Positions 1 to 13,918 of a DNA stretch of 64,000 nt are shown piece after piece. Under the pieces are notes generated by a model. It ran no database searches. It had not been told where the DNA came from and was given only the letters and a program-made list of their open reading frames with translations. Source of the stretch: Octopus sinensis (Eukaryota); contig NW_021831985.1 of NCBI RefSeq assembly GCF_006345805.1, positions 263,300 to 327,299 on the forward strand. Reading direction: 5' to 3'. A program made the position numbers and the translations under genes. Each line of letters begins with the position of its first letter. Position 1 is the stretch's first letter.

Positions 1-400
1 GCTGTGTGGTAAGTAGCTTGCTAAACAACCACATGGTTCCGGGTTCAGTCCCACTGCGTGGCATCTTGGGCAAGTGTCTTCTACTATAGCCCCGGGCCGA
101 CCAATGCCTTGTGAGTGGATTTGGTAGACGGAAACTGAAAGAAGCCTGTCGTATATACGTATGTATATATATGTGTGTGTGTGTGTTTATGTGTCTGTGT
201 TTGTCCCCCTGGCATTGCTTGACAACCGATGCTGGTGTGTTTACGTCCCCGTTACTTAGCCGTTCGGTAAAAAGAGACTGATAGAATAAGTACTGGGCTT
301 ACAAAAGAATAAGTCCCGGGGTCGATTTGCTCGACTAAAGGCGGTGCTCCAGCATGGCCGCAGTCAAATGACTGAAACAACTAAAATAGTAAAAGAGAGT
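1..400 (+). mobile_element. SINE family S1 (tRNA-like head, CORE-like box, internal TA/TG microsatellite, (TAAAAGAG)n tail); 5' end cut by window edge
   Basis: Head GCTGTGTGGTAAGTAGCTTGC..GGTTCAGTCCCACTGCGTGGC and 3' module GGCGGTGCTCCAGCATGGCCGCAGTCAAATGACTGAAAC recur about 20 times in the window. Confidence 0.85.
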
Positions 401-661
401 ATGTAACGGACTCTCTCCCGTCGAAGACGACGCATGAGCCTTTCAGCTTCCTAAACGACCTGCACAAATGATTTGTTTGTAGTGATCAAATGTTCGTGCA
501 GCACGTTAGCTCACTCTCTCTCCATCAAACTGACGTTGCCTGAACAGGTGCACTGTGTCCCACGCGTCAGGTGTCGAAGTGATTGCAGAACAACGTGAGA
601 TGGAGAGTTTTGCTTGGAATCGGAACCACGGTCGTGAGATCGTGAGTATAACGCCCTAACC

Positions 662-895
662 TATTTCTTTATTGCCCACAAGGGGCTAGACATAGAGGGG
701 ACAAACAAAGACAGACAAAGGGATTAAGTCGATTATATCGACCCCAGTGCGTAACTGGTACTTAATTTATCGACCCCGAAAGGATGAAAGGCAAAGTCGA
801 CCTCGGTGGAATTTGAGCTCAGAACGCAACGGCAGACGAAATACCGCTAAGCATTTCGCCCGATGTGTTAACGGTTCTGCCAGCTCGACGCCTTG
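662..895 (-). mobile_element. SINE family S2 (tRNA head plus Meta-like CCTTTCATCCTTTCGGGGTCGATAAA domain) inserted in an older S4-type SINE
   Basis: Matches other S2 copies; 14-bp TSD ATAACGCCCTAACC at about 648-661 and 897-910. Confidence 0.85.
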
Positions 896-925
896 ATAAC
901 GCCCTAACCACTTGACCATGTGCCG

Positions 926-974
<49 letters not shown>

Positions 975-1014
975 ACACACATATGTAAATGAATGACATA
1001 GTGTGTGTGTGTGT

Positions 1015-1250
1015 GGAAGCACGTGGCTTAGTGGTTAGGGTGTCAGCATCATGATCGTAAGGTTGTGGTTTCGATTCCTGAACCGGGCGATGCGTTGTGT
1101 TCTTGAGCAAAACACTTCATTTCACGTTGCTCCAGTCCACTCAGCTGGCAAAAATGAGTAAAGCTGCGATGGACTGCCGTCCTGTCCAGCTGGGGAACAC
1201 ATACACCATAGAAACCGGGCCCATGAGCCTGGCTAGGTTTTAAAAGGGTG
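1015..1250 (+). mobile_element. SINE family S4 (tRNA head, CORE-like domain)
   Basis: A/B-box-like head, TTGAGCAAAACACTTCATTTCACGTTGCTCCAG core, GCTGCGATGGACTG tail. Confidence 0.75.
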
Positions 1251-1624
1251 ATGTATGTATGTATGTATGTATGTATGTGTGTGTATGTATGTATGTATGT
1301 ATGGGTGTGTGTATATGTGCGTTTTTTGTGGGTGGTTTATCTTTCTTTATTCAATCAACTGGGGGACGATGAAATGAAAAATTAACCTCGGAACGATTTG
1401 AACTCAGAACATAAAGGGCCATAACTAAACACTGGAAGAAATTTATCTTCGACATTTCAAACGATCTAGCCACAGCTGCTAGAAACAACACCGAAAACGA
1501 AGTGTAATTTAACTTCAGATAACATCCTACTTTCGTGGAAATGGAAGGCCGCACTGGATAATGTCGAGTGAAAAAAAAATAAAGATGAATAAAGAAATTG
1601 AAAATACATAAATGGATAAAGACG

Positions 1625-2480
1625 CAGTCACGGCTGTGTGGTAAGAAGTTTTGTTTTTCAACCACATTGTTCCAGGTTCAGTTTCACTGCGTGGCACCTT
1701 GGGCAAGTGTCTTCCTTTCACGGTAGCCACGAAACAACCAAAGCCTTATGAGCGGATTTGGTAGGCAGAAACTGAAATTCCATGACCCCCCCTATTCAAG
1801 GTGTCCACCTCTCTCTCTATATATATATATATACTAGCAGTATCGCCCGGCGTTGCTCGGGTTTGTAAGGGAAATAACTATATAAGCATTTTTAGAGAGT
1901 TATAGCCAAAAAATAGCAAAAATAATGCATTAAAAATGGAAAAAAAATTTTGGTAAAATTATGGTAAATTTTTTTTTAAAATCGTAGACTCATCGTAGAC
2001 GCGCGCTAATACCCAGACGGGCTCGATATGAATCACGACTATAAGATACCCGAATTTGGTTAAACTGCACCGCAAAATGTGGGAGTAGTTAGGAATCTAA
2101 ATCGTAGGAGACAGACACTCACACAACTACAGTTTTATATATATAGATATACACACATACATACATGTATGTATACACACACACAAACACATTTATATAT
2201 ATACACACACACATACATATGTACATGTATGTAATACATACACACACACACATATAATAATTGTTTGTCTTTGTGTTTGTTTTGTTCGCTACCAACGCTT
2301 AACAGCCGATGTTAGTTTGTTCACGTTCCCACATTCTAGACGTTCGACAAGTCCCTGGCTAAAAACCAAAAAAAAACCAAAAAAAAATTGAAAGAAAGTA
2401 CTGGGGCGATTCCTTCGACTAAACGCCTCTAAAGCGGTGCTCCAGTATGGTCGCATCCATGACTGATACAGAGAAAGAGA
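1625..2480 (+). mobile_element. Old S1 SINE split by a Helitron (head 1625-1778, tail about 2270-2480)
   Basis: Diverged S1 head and S1 3' module flank the microsatellite that contains the Helitron. Confidence 0.65.
1834..2147 (-). mobile_element. Non-autonomous Helitron, body type A
   Basis: Minus strand starts TCTATATATATAAAACTG and ends in hairpin CCCGAGCAACGCCGGG followed by CTAG|T. Confidence 0.75.
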
Positions 2481-5400
2481 ACGGATAAAAACGAGCTAGG
2501 CATCAGTAGAATGGCCACGAGCATAGCTCTTCTTATTCAAGGTGTCCACCTAGGGATAAACAACAGCTGGCTACAAATATCACAGTTGTACGATACTAGC
2601 AGCTAAATTGGTGTATTTGCTACTAGTGAAGGTCAAGGTCATGTCACATTGACCTAGTAGTAACGTTAAACTATAATTGTATTTAATCCAGTGGAGGTGT
2701 TAGATTATCTCCCCTTTCTTGACAACAAACATTCCTTGTTATTGTTTATCGTCGTCGTCATCACCGCCACCGCTTTATGACTGACTCGTTTCTTTATTTT
2801 TAGTTTTCGATGCCGTTCTTTAACATTCTTTTTACATACTACTGCATTATATTTAATTACAATGCTGTTGCTCAGACAAACAAACGAATAATAATAAATA
2901 ATAGGTCGGTAAATTCGGAGACTCGTGGTATGAGTTCTATGAAAATGAGGAATATGTAAAAATGTGGTAACCGAAACGAAAGCAAAAATATGATTTACGA
3001 TTTGTATCTTTTCGAAATTTTCGATTCATTCTTATACATCATTCATTACATGCTATAATTTAATGTGTTTTTAATTCGATATTCATAAGTTGTCTGAATG
3101 TTCTATCCTTGTAATACACACGTTTTTAAAATAGTACTTATACATCATTACATGGTGTAATAAATAATTTTTTTAAATGTTGATCTTAATTAAATACGTA
3201 GAAGCTACCGAAATGAGTTTTTCCCGCTTGCTAAACACTCTTTTAAAAATAAAAAATGTTACTGACTAATATTATATCCTTAATTAATATATTTTTTTTT
3301 TATTCTTAATGTTGTTTTTAAGAAGTTTTGTATTACACGTGCTTTTGAAATGAAATATATTTCACGCTGGAGTGAAAAGGAAAACATATATTAAACAATA
3401 TTTTGTTATTACTTTAGAGATCAAATAAATTATATTTCTATATCCTTAAAAAAGGGGGAAAAAATTATTGAAAAATCACGCCGCTAATCTCCTTATTTAC
3501 CAGTGAGTATTCATCGTCATAAGCATCAATACCATTTTTGATGTTTCGTGTTATAAACGAGCATCTAAGAGAAATAAGGATAAACAAACTGCATTATTAA
3601 ACTGCTATATATCTACAATAATAATAAAATTTATTTAATATCTCGGGTATAACGAATATATTGCAAAAAAAGCCTGATAATTTACAAACGTACACACGTC
3701 CTAGAAATATCGAACTTCTTCCATAAATGTAAGTCTAATCCTGTTGTCTCCCTTTGGCCATTAGCAGTCTTCTAATAACATATACGCCAACAAGCAGCCG
3801 CAGTTGCGTTGTTTTAATAAACAACAAAGGATATTTATTAATTGAATTAGTAAATATATTCTTTTAAATTTAGTTAATATACGAATTCAAATTTTAAAAG
3901 AATATTTAATTTTACATTAAATATACGATTGCTTTTTAATTAAAAATTTTTTTTTTTTCCTTTTGTTTGCTATTTCGTATTAGTAACACTATCAGTGATT
4001 GGAATTAATCAACGCAAATCAATTAGTATTCTGATTACTTCCCTTGGCCCAATCACAATTATCGTCTGTGAACGATTTAATTGTTTTAGTGCTGCTATAC
4101 GTCTCCTAGGCCCAGACCAAGCAAACTGTAGATCTATGATTAAAAAGCGTTTAAACCGTGACCACCCCGCCTTGTTTTAGACACCGTGAACTGAGGATTA
4201 CTTTAACAAATATGTCCTTTCACTCTTTTTCTCTAAGTGACAAAGATCTAATTTGAAGGAGATTTGGCTGCTATTTTTAGCAAACCGTGCGACCGTGTAA
4301 AAACTTTCTTGGGAAGACTGGTTTAGCACTGACTACTTAGTTTTGAGCAGCTAAATTGTTACTTGATTATAACTAATCATTTTTTGTTCTTTCAGTTACA
4401 ATATCCACGGTGATTCAAGGGAAATTTATCTGCCATTTCTACCCAGCAAGCCGAGCAACCATGTAGAGACTTCTTATACTGAAGTTGGAGCTTTGGCATC
4501 CCAACGAATATTAAGTCTTTGGGTAGCTAACTCATTTCTAAATGATAGCTTGTCATTAGCCGAATCACTGGATCGACGGCATATAGTCGTGGATCCATGC
4601 CATAGATCATGTGATCCATGCGATTACGTGAATCTGAGTATTGAATATATTCCTTGAAAGGATGTTGATTCAACACAAAGATCTAAGCATTGCTATTTCA
4701 AAACACAGACTATCTCTACCTACCGCCGTCGCTCTGTATGCCATCCTTACGCGGCACAAGTTATTTAGACCCAGACCAGTCCGAAAGGAGCAGGTCTATG
4801 ATTATCGCGTCTGTCTTGTTAATACACGTTGTGTATCTATGAGTATGTAGTGGCTTCGTGCAGGCATAATGTGGATTCGATCCTCGATAACCAGCACTTT
4901 TCTCACGGTACAAGAATAGTTTTTCTGTGAGTGACAGCAGTTACATTTGCCAGATGCCTTCGCTAAGCAAAATAATGTCTTTGCCACTTGATCCTTCCAA
5001 CCTCTTCTAGGCCACCAAAAGCTAGAATAGAGATAACAGACCCCCAACGAAATCTATTGTTCTCAACAATATGTCTGTCATTCTAGCTGGTTTTGGATAG
5101 TTATAAATACTAGAATTTGGTAAGACAAAAATCAGTTAGTGAGAGCAACCATCAGTTAGTGAACAGAAACCAAATAGAGCCATGGCCATAAGCAGGCAGT
5201 CACTAAAGACAAACGGCCAGAGGGAGAAAGAAGGTACAATCAGCCAACTATGAGACACAACTTCTCTCGACTCTATAGCTTTCAAGGGCTCACTTGTACA
5301 CATATAGAGGCAGAAATTAACTTTCTTAACCTTGCATGCTCTTTCAATTATATCACATCTGCCTGTCGAAGCATGTCATTATATTAAGTAACGGTAGATA

Positions 5401-6529
5401 AATATTTCTTTACAACTTCGATCACTGTTCTTCTTTCATCTTGCACATCTGCAACAGCAACACTCATTACAATCGCTAACTGCCAACTCCAGCGTATATC
5501 ACAATACCAAACCGTTACAATTGGTGACTTTCGACTTCAACGAAACTTCATTGCCGTTACAAGTACATCGTCTAATTCCTTTTTATTAAGATAACGGTGA
5601 TTGGCGAAGGTATTTTGGTTGCGACTTTTAACACGGTAATGCAACCAGGTAGAATGCCTTCATTAGACAGTTATAGTTATTGCTGTTTAGCCGTGGGTCA
5701 GTCGTCCTCATTGCGTCTTTTTCCAACGACTACATTATCCAATGTATTTCTTCCCTTTTTAAAATTAAAACTGTAGTAGAGGGGCAGGGGTAATTTGAGT
5801 TAGACTTGGCTGTTATCTCTTATAGGACAAGCAACCACGTTAGAGTCTCATCATTAGACAAGGCAAATTATTACTACTTAGCCTTAAGTCAATCTAACTG
5901 ACTTATGGCTAAAGCTATTCCAACGAGGACCATTTTTACAACATTATAGCTTCCCTCCAGGGAAAGCAATGACCCGAGGGCCCCAAACCATATCTTACAT
6001 AGATTAGTATTAGCCTTTACACTGGTAGATTCCTTGGGCAACTATTCAATGCGCCTATACCTTGAGCTAGAACAGATTCCATCAAGTAACCATTCTGTTA
6101 TTTTTACTCCCAAACATAGCATATCAAGGGAGAATATTATCAATGCGTCCTTCACTTAAAAGAAAAAAGCAGCAAGTGTGACTGAAGGACTTTTAGCTGT
6201 GATATTTAGTCAATTGAGTGACGATGTTGGAGTCGTGTAGGTATTTGTTAGCCATTTAAAATACAATGGTCTGGGCTATTTAAACCATAATGACTTCATT
6301 TCTCTTATATATGACACCTGATAATCTTCGTAACTTTTTTCGCGTCTGCTCAACTGCTGATGGGTGACTGTCTGCCATAGTAATAAGGAAGCTGTCCCTA
6401 TACAATCCTGCGTCGTTTGGTTAACCTATACCAGTTGTTTTCGGAGGTCCATATGACCCTCTGGTATACATTAAAGATTGTGTTAAAATTTAAATGAAAT
6501 AAATTGGATATATTTCTACAATGCACAAA

Positions 6530-6770
<241 letters not shown>

Positions 6771-7134
6771 TGAGATAAAAATCCAAGGCTGTGAAAGATT
6801 TCAGAACATTTATAAATAGAAGGTCTTACTGCTGTTTCCGTGATATTTTATATATCTCATCATCGAAGTCGGTGTGAGAAAATGGTTAAGCAATAGTTAT
6901 TCTAGATATAAGATATGAAATAGGGAGTGAAGTGGAGGAATGAAAATAGACGTGAGATATGCAGGGATATTGTATCTGCAGTTCCATTATTTAGGCAGAA
7001 TGGTATACATATAAGGTACAGGAATTTTATATATACAGGAATCTTATACTGTTGGTATATACAGTTATTACTGAAGTTGACTTTGCTACCGAAATCTACT
7101 TGAACTGCAATTAAAAGCAGTGATATTATATATT

Positions 7135-7340
7135 TCTTTACTGCCCACAAGGGGCTAAACATAGAGGGGACAAACGGATTAAGTCGATTACATCGATCCC
7201 AGTACGAAACTGGTACTTTATTTATCGACCCCGAAAGGATGAAAGGCAAAGTCGACCTCGGCGGAATTTGAACTCAGAACGTAACGACAGACGAAATACG
7301 GCTACGCATTTCGCCCGGCGTGCTAACGTTTCTGCCAGCT
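7135..7340 (-). mobile_element. S2 SINE
   Basis: Family match; TSD-like CAGTGATATTATA on both sides. Confidence 0.85.
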
Positions 7341-7729
7341 CCAGTGATATTATACCAGCCAAACAACGATTGGCTATAGATGTCCGGGGCAAGGTTGTTT
7401 ATGGAAAACCAGCAGTTGCCTATGCGTACCAGCTTCTCCTCTCCACGCCACTGATGTTATTCAAGGGAACGGCAAAGGCTGATACAGCCTGGCACCAGTG
7501 ACGCCGCAACTCATTTCTGCAGTTGAGCGAACTGGAGTAACGTGAAATAAAGTGTGTTGCTGGTGCGTGTATAACAGAATGAAAGTATAAGCGGAAAACC
7601 AACTGGTATGAGGTTACATTATGACTTTTACTTGCCCGAACCTGTATTTGAAGGAAAACAACCTCGGATTACCTGCCGCGTTGAATGATCGGAAGCGCTT
7701 AACTTGAAGTACTGGAATTATGAGTATGA

Positions 7730-8075
7730 AGGCGCTATGGCTCAGTGGTTAGAGCGTCGGGCTTACAATCATGAGGTAGATAGTGAGTTCGATTCCAGGA
7801 CCCAGCTGTGTGTTGTGTTCTTGAGCAACACACTTTATTTCACGTTGCTCCAGTTCGCTCAGTAGCAGAAATGAGTTGCGGCGTCAATGGTGCCAGGCTG
7901 TATCGGCCCCTTTGCCGTTCCCTTGGATAACATCAGTGGTGTGGAGAGGGGAAGCTGGTATACATGGACGACTGCTGGTTTTCCATAAACAACCTTGCCC
8001 CGGACTTGTGCCCCGGAAAGTAACTTTCTGGGTACGATCCCATGGTCGTCCGTGACAGAAAGGGGATGGTCTATA
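7730..8075 (+). mobile_element. S4 SINE with GGTGCCAGGCTGTATCGG-type tail
   Basis: Homologous to 59930-60270; a minus-strand fragment lies at about 7350-7560. Confidence 0.75.
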
Positions 8076-8167
8076 CCCTCCCCCGTTTTTTTTACCTATA
8101 ACATATCAAAGAATACTCAACACGTATTTATTTAGGTCTAATGCATTACTTCTCGGTAAATGAAAAC

Positions 8168-8188
8168 ACGCACACACACATACGCACG

Positions 8189-8276
<88 letters not shown>

Positions 8277-8278
8277 CT
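8168..8278. repeat. (CA)n microsatellite
   Basis: Direct reading. Confidence 0.95.
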
Positions 8279-8754
8279 AACAAGTATCACCTAAGCTGTC
8301 CCGGTTCAGTCTGAAGAACCACAAAACTTAACCTGTGTGGGTGCCTGGCTATCAGGTAAATACGTCCGTCTGTTTTAGTTAAACAGACTAAGCTACGGAA
8401 TATTCTACCGAATATTACTAGAAGTCAAGAGAATAAGTGAAACTGGAGCTTAGGAAAACGCCGAGCAAGTACTAACTAGGTTTAGTAACTTAAAAGATAA
8501 AGAAAAATACAATGCTTATTGAATTTGCTATTGGCAGCCATTGTTTCTCTGCATCAATAATACTCTTAAACAAGTAACTCATTTTCCGCTGGTAAAAATA
8601 ACTTCAATAACTAAGAAAGATATTGATATCATTTTTGAAACACAATAATAAAATTTGAGAGTGACTAATGGACATGGGACTCTCACAGTGGCACTTTCGA
8701 TATCATTATGTAATCCACGAACTCTGATCATGTGACTGACTCTTTCAGACAGCT

Positions 8755-9165
8755 CTTTTACTCTTTTACTCTTTTACTTGTTTCAGTCATTTGACTGCGG
8801 CCATGCTGGAGCACCGCCTTTAATCGAGCAACTCGATCCCGGGACTTATTCTTTTGTAAGCCCAGTACTTATTCTATCGGTCTCTTTTGCCGAACTGCTA
8901 AGTAACGGGGACGTAAACACACCAGCATCGGTTGTCAAGTAATGCTAGGGGGACAAACACAGACACACAAACACACACATGCATATATATATACATATAT
9001 ACGACGGGCTTCTTTTCAGTTTCCGTCTACCAAATCCACTCACAAGGCTTTGGTCGGCCCGAGGCTATAGTAGAATACACTTGCCCAAGGTGCTACGCAG
9101 TGGGACTGAACCTGGAACCATGTGGTTGGTAAACAAGCTACTTACCACACAGCCACTCCTGCGCC
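8755..9165 (-). mobile_element. S1 SINE, full length
   Basis: Family match. Confidence 0.85.
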
Positions 9166-10173
9166 TGTGTAACTTTAAAACCATTGTAATATTGTAATAA
9201 CTACTGTATAACTTTAACACGTTAACTGCCATTGCCCGTTAGTGGAACTTACTAATGACACCACGTATTTCGCGCGGTCACCCTTCGTACTGATTAATTA
9301 CAAAGAAAAGTAATTGCTCTTGAATTTTTGCAAAATTTCATTTGTAAACGTTAATATTTAGCACTCATGTTATTTAAATATAATCGAAACCATGTCAAAG
9401 ATACAGAAAGAAATATTTTCTCAAATTATGAAAATGTACCACTGGTGTTGAAAATGGTGATTGCGATGAACCACTGGTGGTACATGTGGAGGTTAACGTT
9501 GTACGACAAAACCTTCTGAAATCGAAGGAAGATTATATAGGGACCATTGCCTTTTACTGTGGCAGGCTATAAGCCACCAGCAGCTGAGCAGCTACGACGA
9601 ATATATAAAGAATGTAAATTTCCTGGACGCTATCTTGGACATTTTCACCAAATTAGACAACACATCTTAAAGGCCTAAAGAAATATTGCGATGCATCCAC
9701 AAATAATCTAACCACCCTAAATTCATAATGAATAGTAAGCGATGTGTTTATTAAGGTATTTAAAGTGTCAGCTAATGAGAAAATATTAAATGATAATGCC
9801 TGATACTATAACGAGGCCCTAAGTGGTAGTAGTTTTAAAGAACGGAATACCTGTATACCTAACGGCAGTATCCACAAACTTAGCAAGCAGTTGCAATAGT
9901 AATACAAGAAATAAATCAATGCAGAGCTCATTTGCATGAATGGAGATTAGTCAGGTCGGTGAAATTCGAATCATAAGTATGATAATGAGGGCATATAATT
10001 AAATAGTAAACGTAACAATAATGGAAGACCCCTGTTGTAAGGAGGACCTGGATACGGAGCACAAATAAGAAAAATAGAAATAGAAACGTCACGTGGTATA
10101 ATATTCCACATAATCTCCAAGTAAAAACTCAGTACCTTATTCTTTCTCTATTTTGCAAAATCTTCGCTATAAA

Positions 10174-11330
10174 TACTAGGATCGGCTGAAAAGTTCATAG
10201 GCTGACCAAGATACTCTTATGGAATGTAACCAAATGAGGTTTATTTTTCAACATACTCCCCCGTGCAGTTCACACACTTCTTACCTATGTGTTGCAGTAC
10301 TTGGATCCTCAGGTCAAAACATGTCATCAACAGCGAGTATGATGTTATCATCACTACGTACTGGTTGTCAGCCAAATGTTTTTTTTTCATGATGGAGAAC
10401 AAATAATAGTCAGACAGAACCAAATCAGGAGAATGCAGAGGGTGATGCAGCTATTTAAACCAAGGGCTTGTGTACTGGAGCATTGTCCTGATGAAACAAG
10501 ACCCATTTCATCAGTTTTTCTAGGCGTTTGGTTTTCATAGCCTTTCATAATTGCTTCAGCAAGTTGACACAGTACTTTCCATTGATGGTGTGACCCTTTA
10601 AAAAACAGTTAATAAACACAATACATTTTGTATCCTCAAAAACTGAGGCCATCACCTTCCCTGCAGATGAAACTACCTTGGTCTTGTTTGGACCAGGTAG
10701 CGAGGGGTGTTTCCACCGTATATATTGTCTCTTTGTCTCTGGCTCAAAGTGATGAGTTCAAAGAAACCAGCTGGATCTGCCTCAAACAATGTGAGATTTT
10801 CTCATGATGCGATCAGCCTGGTGCGCTCTTGATCAGGTGTCAGAAGACGTAGCACCCACCGAGGAGAGATCTTTATCATGCCAAATTCATGGAGCAGAAT
10901 ATTCTCAAGTCTCTCATGGGATATGCTAATAGCATTGGCTATTTGATTTATGGCCTATGGGGCCAATCATCCACCTCTATGTGGTGAACACGATCTATGT
11001 TTTGCTTGGTGGTGGCAACTGCAGGACGTCAAAACCTTGGGTCATCTTCAAAACTCTCCTTTCCCCTCCTAAATTCATCTGCCCACTTTTGCACTGTTGA
11101 TAAAGCTGGAACATCATACCCGCCAATGTAGCAACCACGAGTTCATGAGCGTCCTTGAGGGGTTAAACCCTTTTATGCAGGTAGATGATAACACCACGCT
11201 GTCAAATTTTGTCCATTTTCAAGTGAAGTTGCTACTAGTTACTACTAAACTTTTCCTTGAGCAGTCAGATGTCAGTTTATCTGGAAAGAAACAATGCAGT
11301 TATTAACAAGCAGAGTTGTGTAAGTGAGAT
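10174..11330 (-). mobile_element. Decayed mariner transposon, near full length (transposase remnant about 11217 to 10241)
   Basis: Minus-strand translation gives MDKI*QRGVI..STVQKWADEFRRGKESFEDDPR (HTH region) and terminal KCVNCTGEYVEK*; mariner-like TIR GGATCGGCTGAAAAGTTC at 10177; stops and frameshifts. Confidence 0.8.
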
Positions 11331-11444
11331 TATATATACTCGTGTATATATCTGTATACGTATGTCTGTTCATACATGTCTGTGTTTATAGAAATTGTAT
11401 GTACATGTCGATTATATACATATGTATTTAGATACTTTTGTATC

Positions 11445-11507
11445 CGTCTGTCTGTCTGTCTGTCTGTTCTCTCTCTCTCTCTTCTCTCTCTCTCTTCTCT
11501 CTCTCTC

Positions 11508-11567
<60 letters not shown>

Positions 11568-11590
11568 TGTGACTGTATGTGTAATTATAT
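11445..11590. repeat. (TCTG)n/(TC)n/(TA)n microsatellite
   Basis: Direct reading. Confidence 0.9.
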
Positions 11591-12279
11591 CCAAATGTTA
11601 TATGTGTATGTGTGGGATTTTGTATTTAAGGGTTTCCTCAGTAAACACTCGATGTTAAGTCTCTGACGAAGCCATAAAATGTAACGCTGTAACTCATACC
11701 TGGCTGCACGTTTTTTTTTAATTTGAAAACAGCCTTAAGCCAATGAATGTGAATACATAAATCCTGTTTTTTGTTTTGTAATTTATCTTCTAATTGATAT
11801 TAAACACGTGCTTATCTTCTGGTTTATATAGACACCAGGGAATACACACTATATTCGACCCAAAGCCTAGAAATATCGTGCATTATGAGTATTGGCCCTA
11901 CTTACCATCATCTCCAAAAACATCCACTTTTAAGCAGATGACACCACTCTTCGTCTCCCTCCAACCTTCCACTCCTAAATATTATCCACACGAAACCTAG
12001 ATACTTAATGCCAAATCCACACTAACTCCATCAACGGGGGACCCTGAAAACATCTCCTAATTGCCTTATACCAGTCCTAATCATTACATGTATCACGAAA
12101 ATATTATCACGTTCTCTCCTACATTACGAACAGAAAATTCTATACTTGACAAGCGATGCAAAGGATTAAATGCGGTTAGAATAAACGAACAGCATGTCAA
12201 TGAATGATGTATAATAGTTCTGACATAATACAAGGAGCCACAAAAGAACCATTTTATGATGTTCACTAAGCAACATAAG

Positions 12280-12495
12280 CTTTGTCATCACAGATTTACG
12301 AGATTCTTTGTGGATACAGTAAAATACTTCATTAGCTTTATAGTGTTGCAAGTCTAATCTGGTAGAAATGTCCCAGGTTAAGTCCAGAAAATATATAATC
12401 ATGGTTTTCGGTTCGAAACTGACAGAAATGTTAAGTCCCTTAAATATCCTTCGCAGCTTTCTGCCAGTCCGCTTAGTTGCCGAAGGCTTATAGTC
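12280..12495 (-). pseudogene. Penelope-like element reverse transcriptase fragment (C-terminal RT/thumb)
   Basis: RKLRRIFKGLNISVSFEPKTMIIYFLDLTWDIS..HYK..YCIHKES resembles the PLE pattern KKIIKIFK.LGL.IT.E....VNFLDVTFDL....PY......YIH..SNHP. Confidence 0.6.
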
Positions 12496-13249
12496 TGCTG
12501 CATCCTTTCGGGGTCGATAAATTAAGTACCAGTTACGCACTGGGGTCGATGTAATCGACTTAACCCTTTAGTATTTAAACCGGCCATATCTGGCCAAAAT
12601 AGTTAATCTGTTTTATGTTCAAGGAAGTCATCTCTGTATAATGTAATAAGTATGATAATGGGCATAATAGTTTCTTTCCTTACGTGGATCTCCATGTCTT
12701 CTAAGCACGAACAGCATGAAACTAGAGCCCTCAACGGTGCCACAAATGCTAGTCCCCACCATCAATCAAAGAGTGTCTCGCCTACTAAATACATATCTTT
12801 AAAACTGCATCACACAGACTGACTTTTATCCTAAGAGTCAGAAAATACTTCGGTCTCCAACGATTCCTACCATTCCCAAATACACGTGTCTGGACTAAGG
12901 GTAACCCCAAGAGTGTTTCTATGCTGCTATAATTCACTGGGCTTTATGACAAATTCAGATCACGCCATAACGCCTTTACTTCTTTTGACCAACTAAAACC
13001 CATTTTATATCACTACTCCTACATCTGGGGGACGAAGCTGTTGTTACAAGAAGGATTTGACCACTTTGAACACGTATATTTGGAGCGGATATGACCGGTT
13101 TAAATACTGAAGGATTAAGTCTGTCTGCGAAATCCATTTTCAAAGCCTTGATTAGCACGAAATTATAGTTGAAGATACTTGTCCATGGTGCTACGCAGTG
13201 GGACTGAACGTATAACTGCATGGTTGAGAGGTGAACTTCTTAATCATGC

Positions 13250-13440
13250 GCAGGAGTGGCTGTGTGGTAAGTAGCTTGCTAACCAACCACATGGTTCGGG
13301 TTCAGTCCCACTGCGTGGCATCTTGGCAAGTGTCTTCTGCTATAGCCCCGGCCGACCAATGCCTTGTGAGTGGATTTGGTAGACGGAAACTGAAAGAAGC
13401 CCGTCGTATATATATGTATATATATATATATATAATATAT

Positions 13441-13474
<34 letters not shown>

Positions 13475-13690
13475 ATGTATATATGTATGTTTGTTTGTCC
13501 CCCTAGCATTGCTTGACAACCGATGCTGGTGTGTTATGTCCCCGTTACTTAGCGGTTCGGCAAAAGAGACCGATAGAATAATACTGGCCTTACAAAAAGA
13601 TAAGTCCCGGGGTCGAGTTACTCGACTAAAGGCGGTGCTCCAGCATGGCCGCAGTCAAATGACTGAAACAAGTAAAAGAGTAAAAGAGAA
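13250..13690 (+). mobile_element. S1 SINE, full length
   Basis: Family match. Confidence 0.85.
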
Positions 13691-13918
13691 AGAGTATGCA
13701 AGCATTATTGATATCTAATGCTCTCTCTCAGGTGTTTGAACTTGAAATATTTTTGTACATTGTTTTCATTTATAAGGATGTTGTTGTTGTTGTTGCTTGT
13801 TTTCTTGTTTTCGTTTAATCGCTCCCCAAGTCATTCTTGGCAAAACAGAATTATCATCACATTCCATCTGTGAACATCCCTTCTTTGCTTCACTCGTTGC
13901 GGGCTCCCGACCACGTTA

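Noticed and set aside
2899-2966. Possible small exon VGKFGDSWYEFYENEEYVKM between AG and GT
   Set aside because: No polypyrimidine tract, no recognised protein and no partner exons; would need RNA-seq.
6820-6872. Hammerhead candidate on the minus strand (ATGATGA..GAAACAGCAGTA)
   Set aside because: C3 is missing, three extra nucleotides precede G12 and stem I does not pair; treated as a relic only.
8310-8360. Possible micro-exon ending CAG|GTAAAT
   Set aside because: Weak acceptor and no recognisable product.
8932-9197. Recurrent short ORFs (MLGGQTQT.., ..[25 protein letters not shown].., MRNWYLIYRPRKDERQSR.., MFIERKHLKLHEAP..)
   Set aside because: They are reading frames through SINE copies S1-S3.
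9440-9680. Protein-like short frames (VENGDCDEPLVVHVEV.., GYKPPAAEQLRRIYKE..)
   Set aside because: Short, in different frames, and no family recognised.
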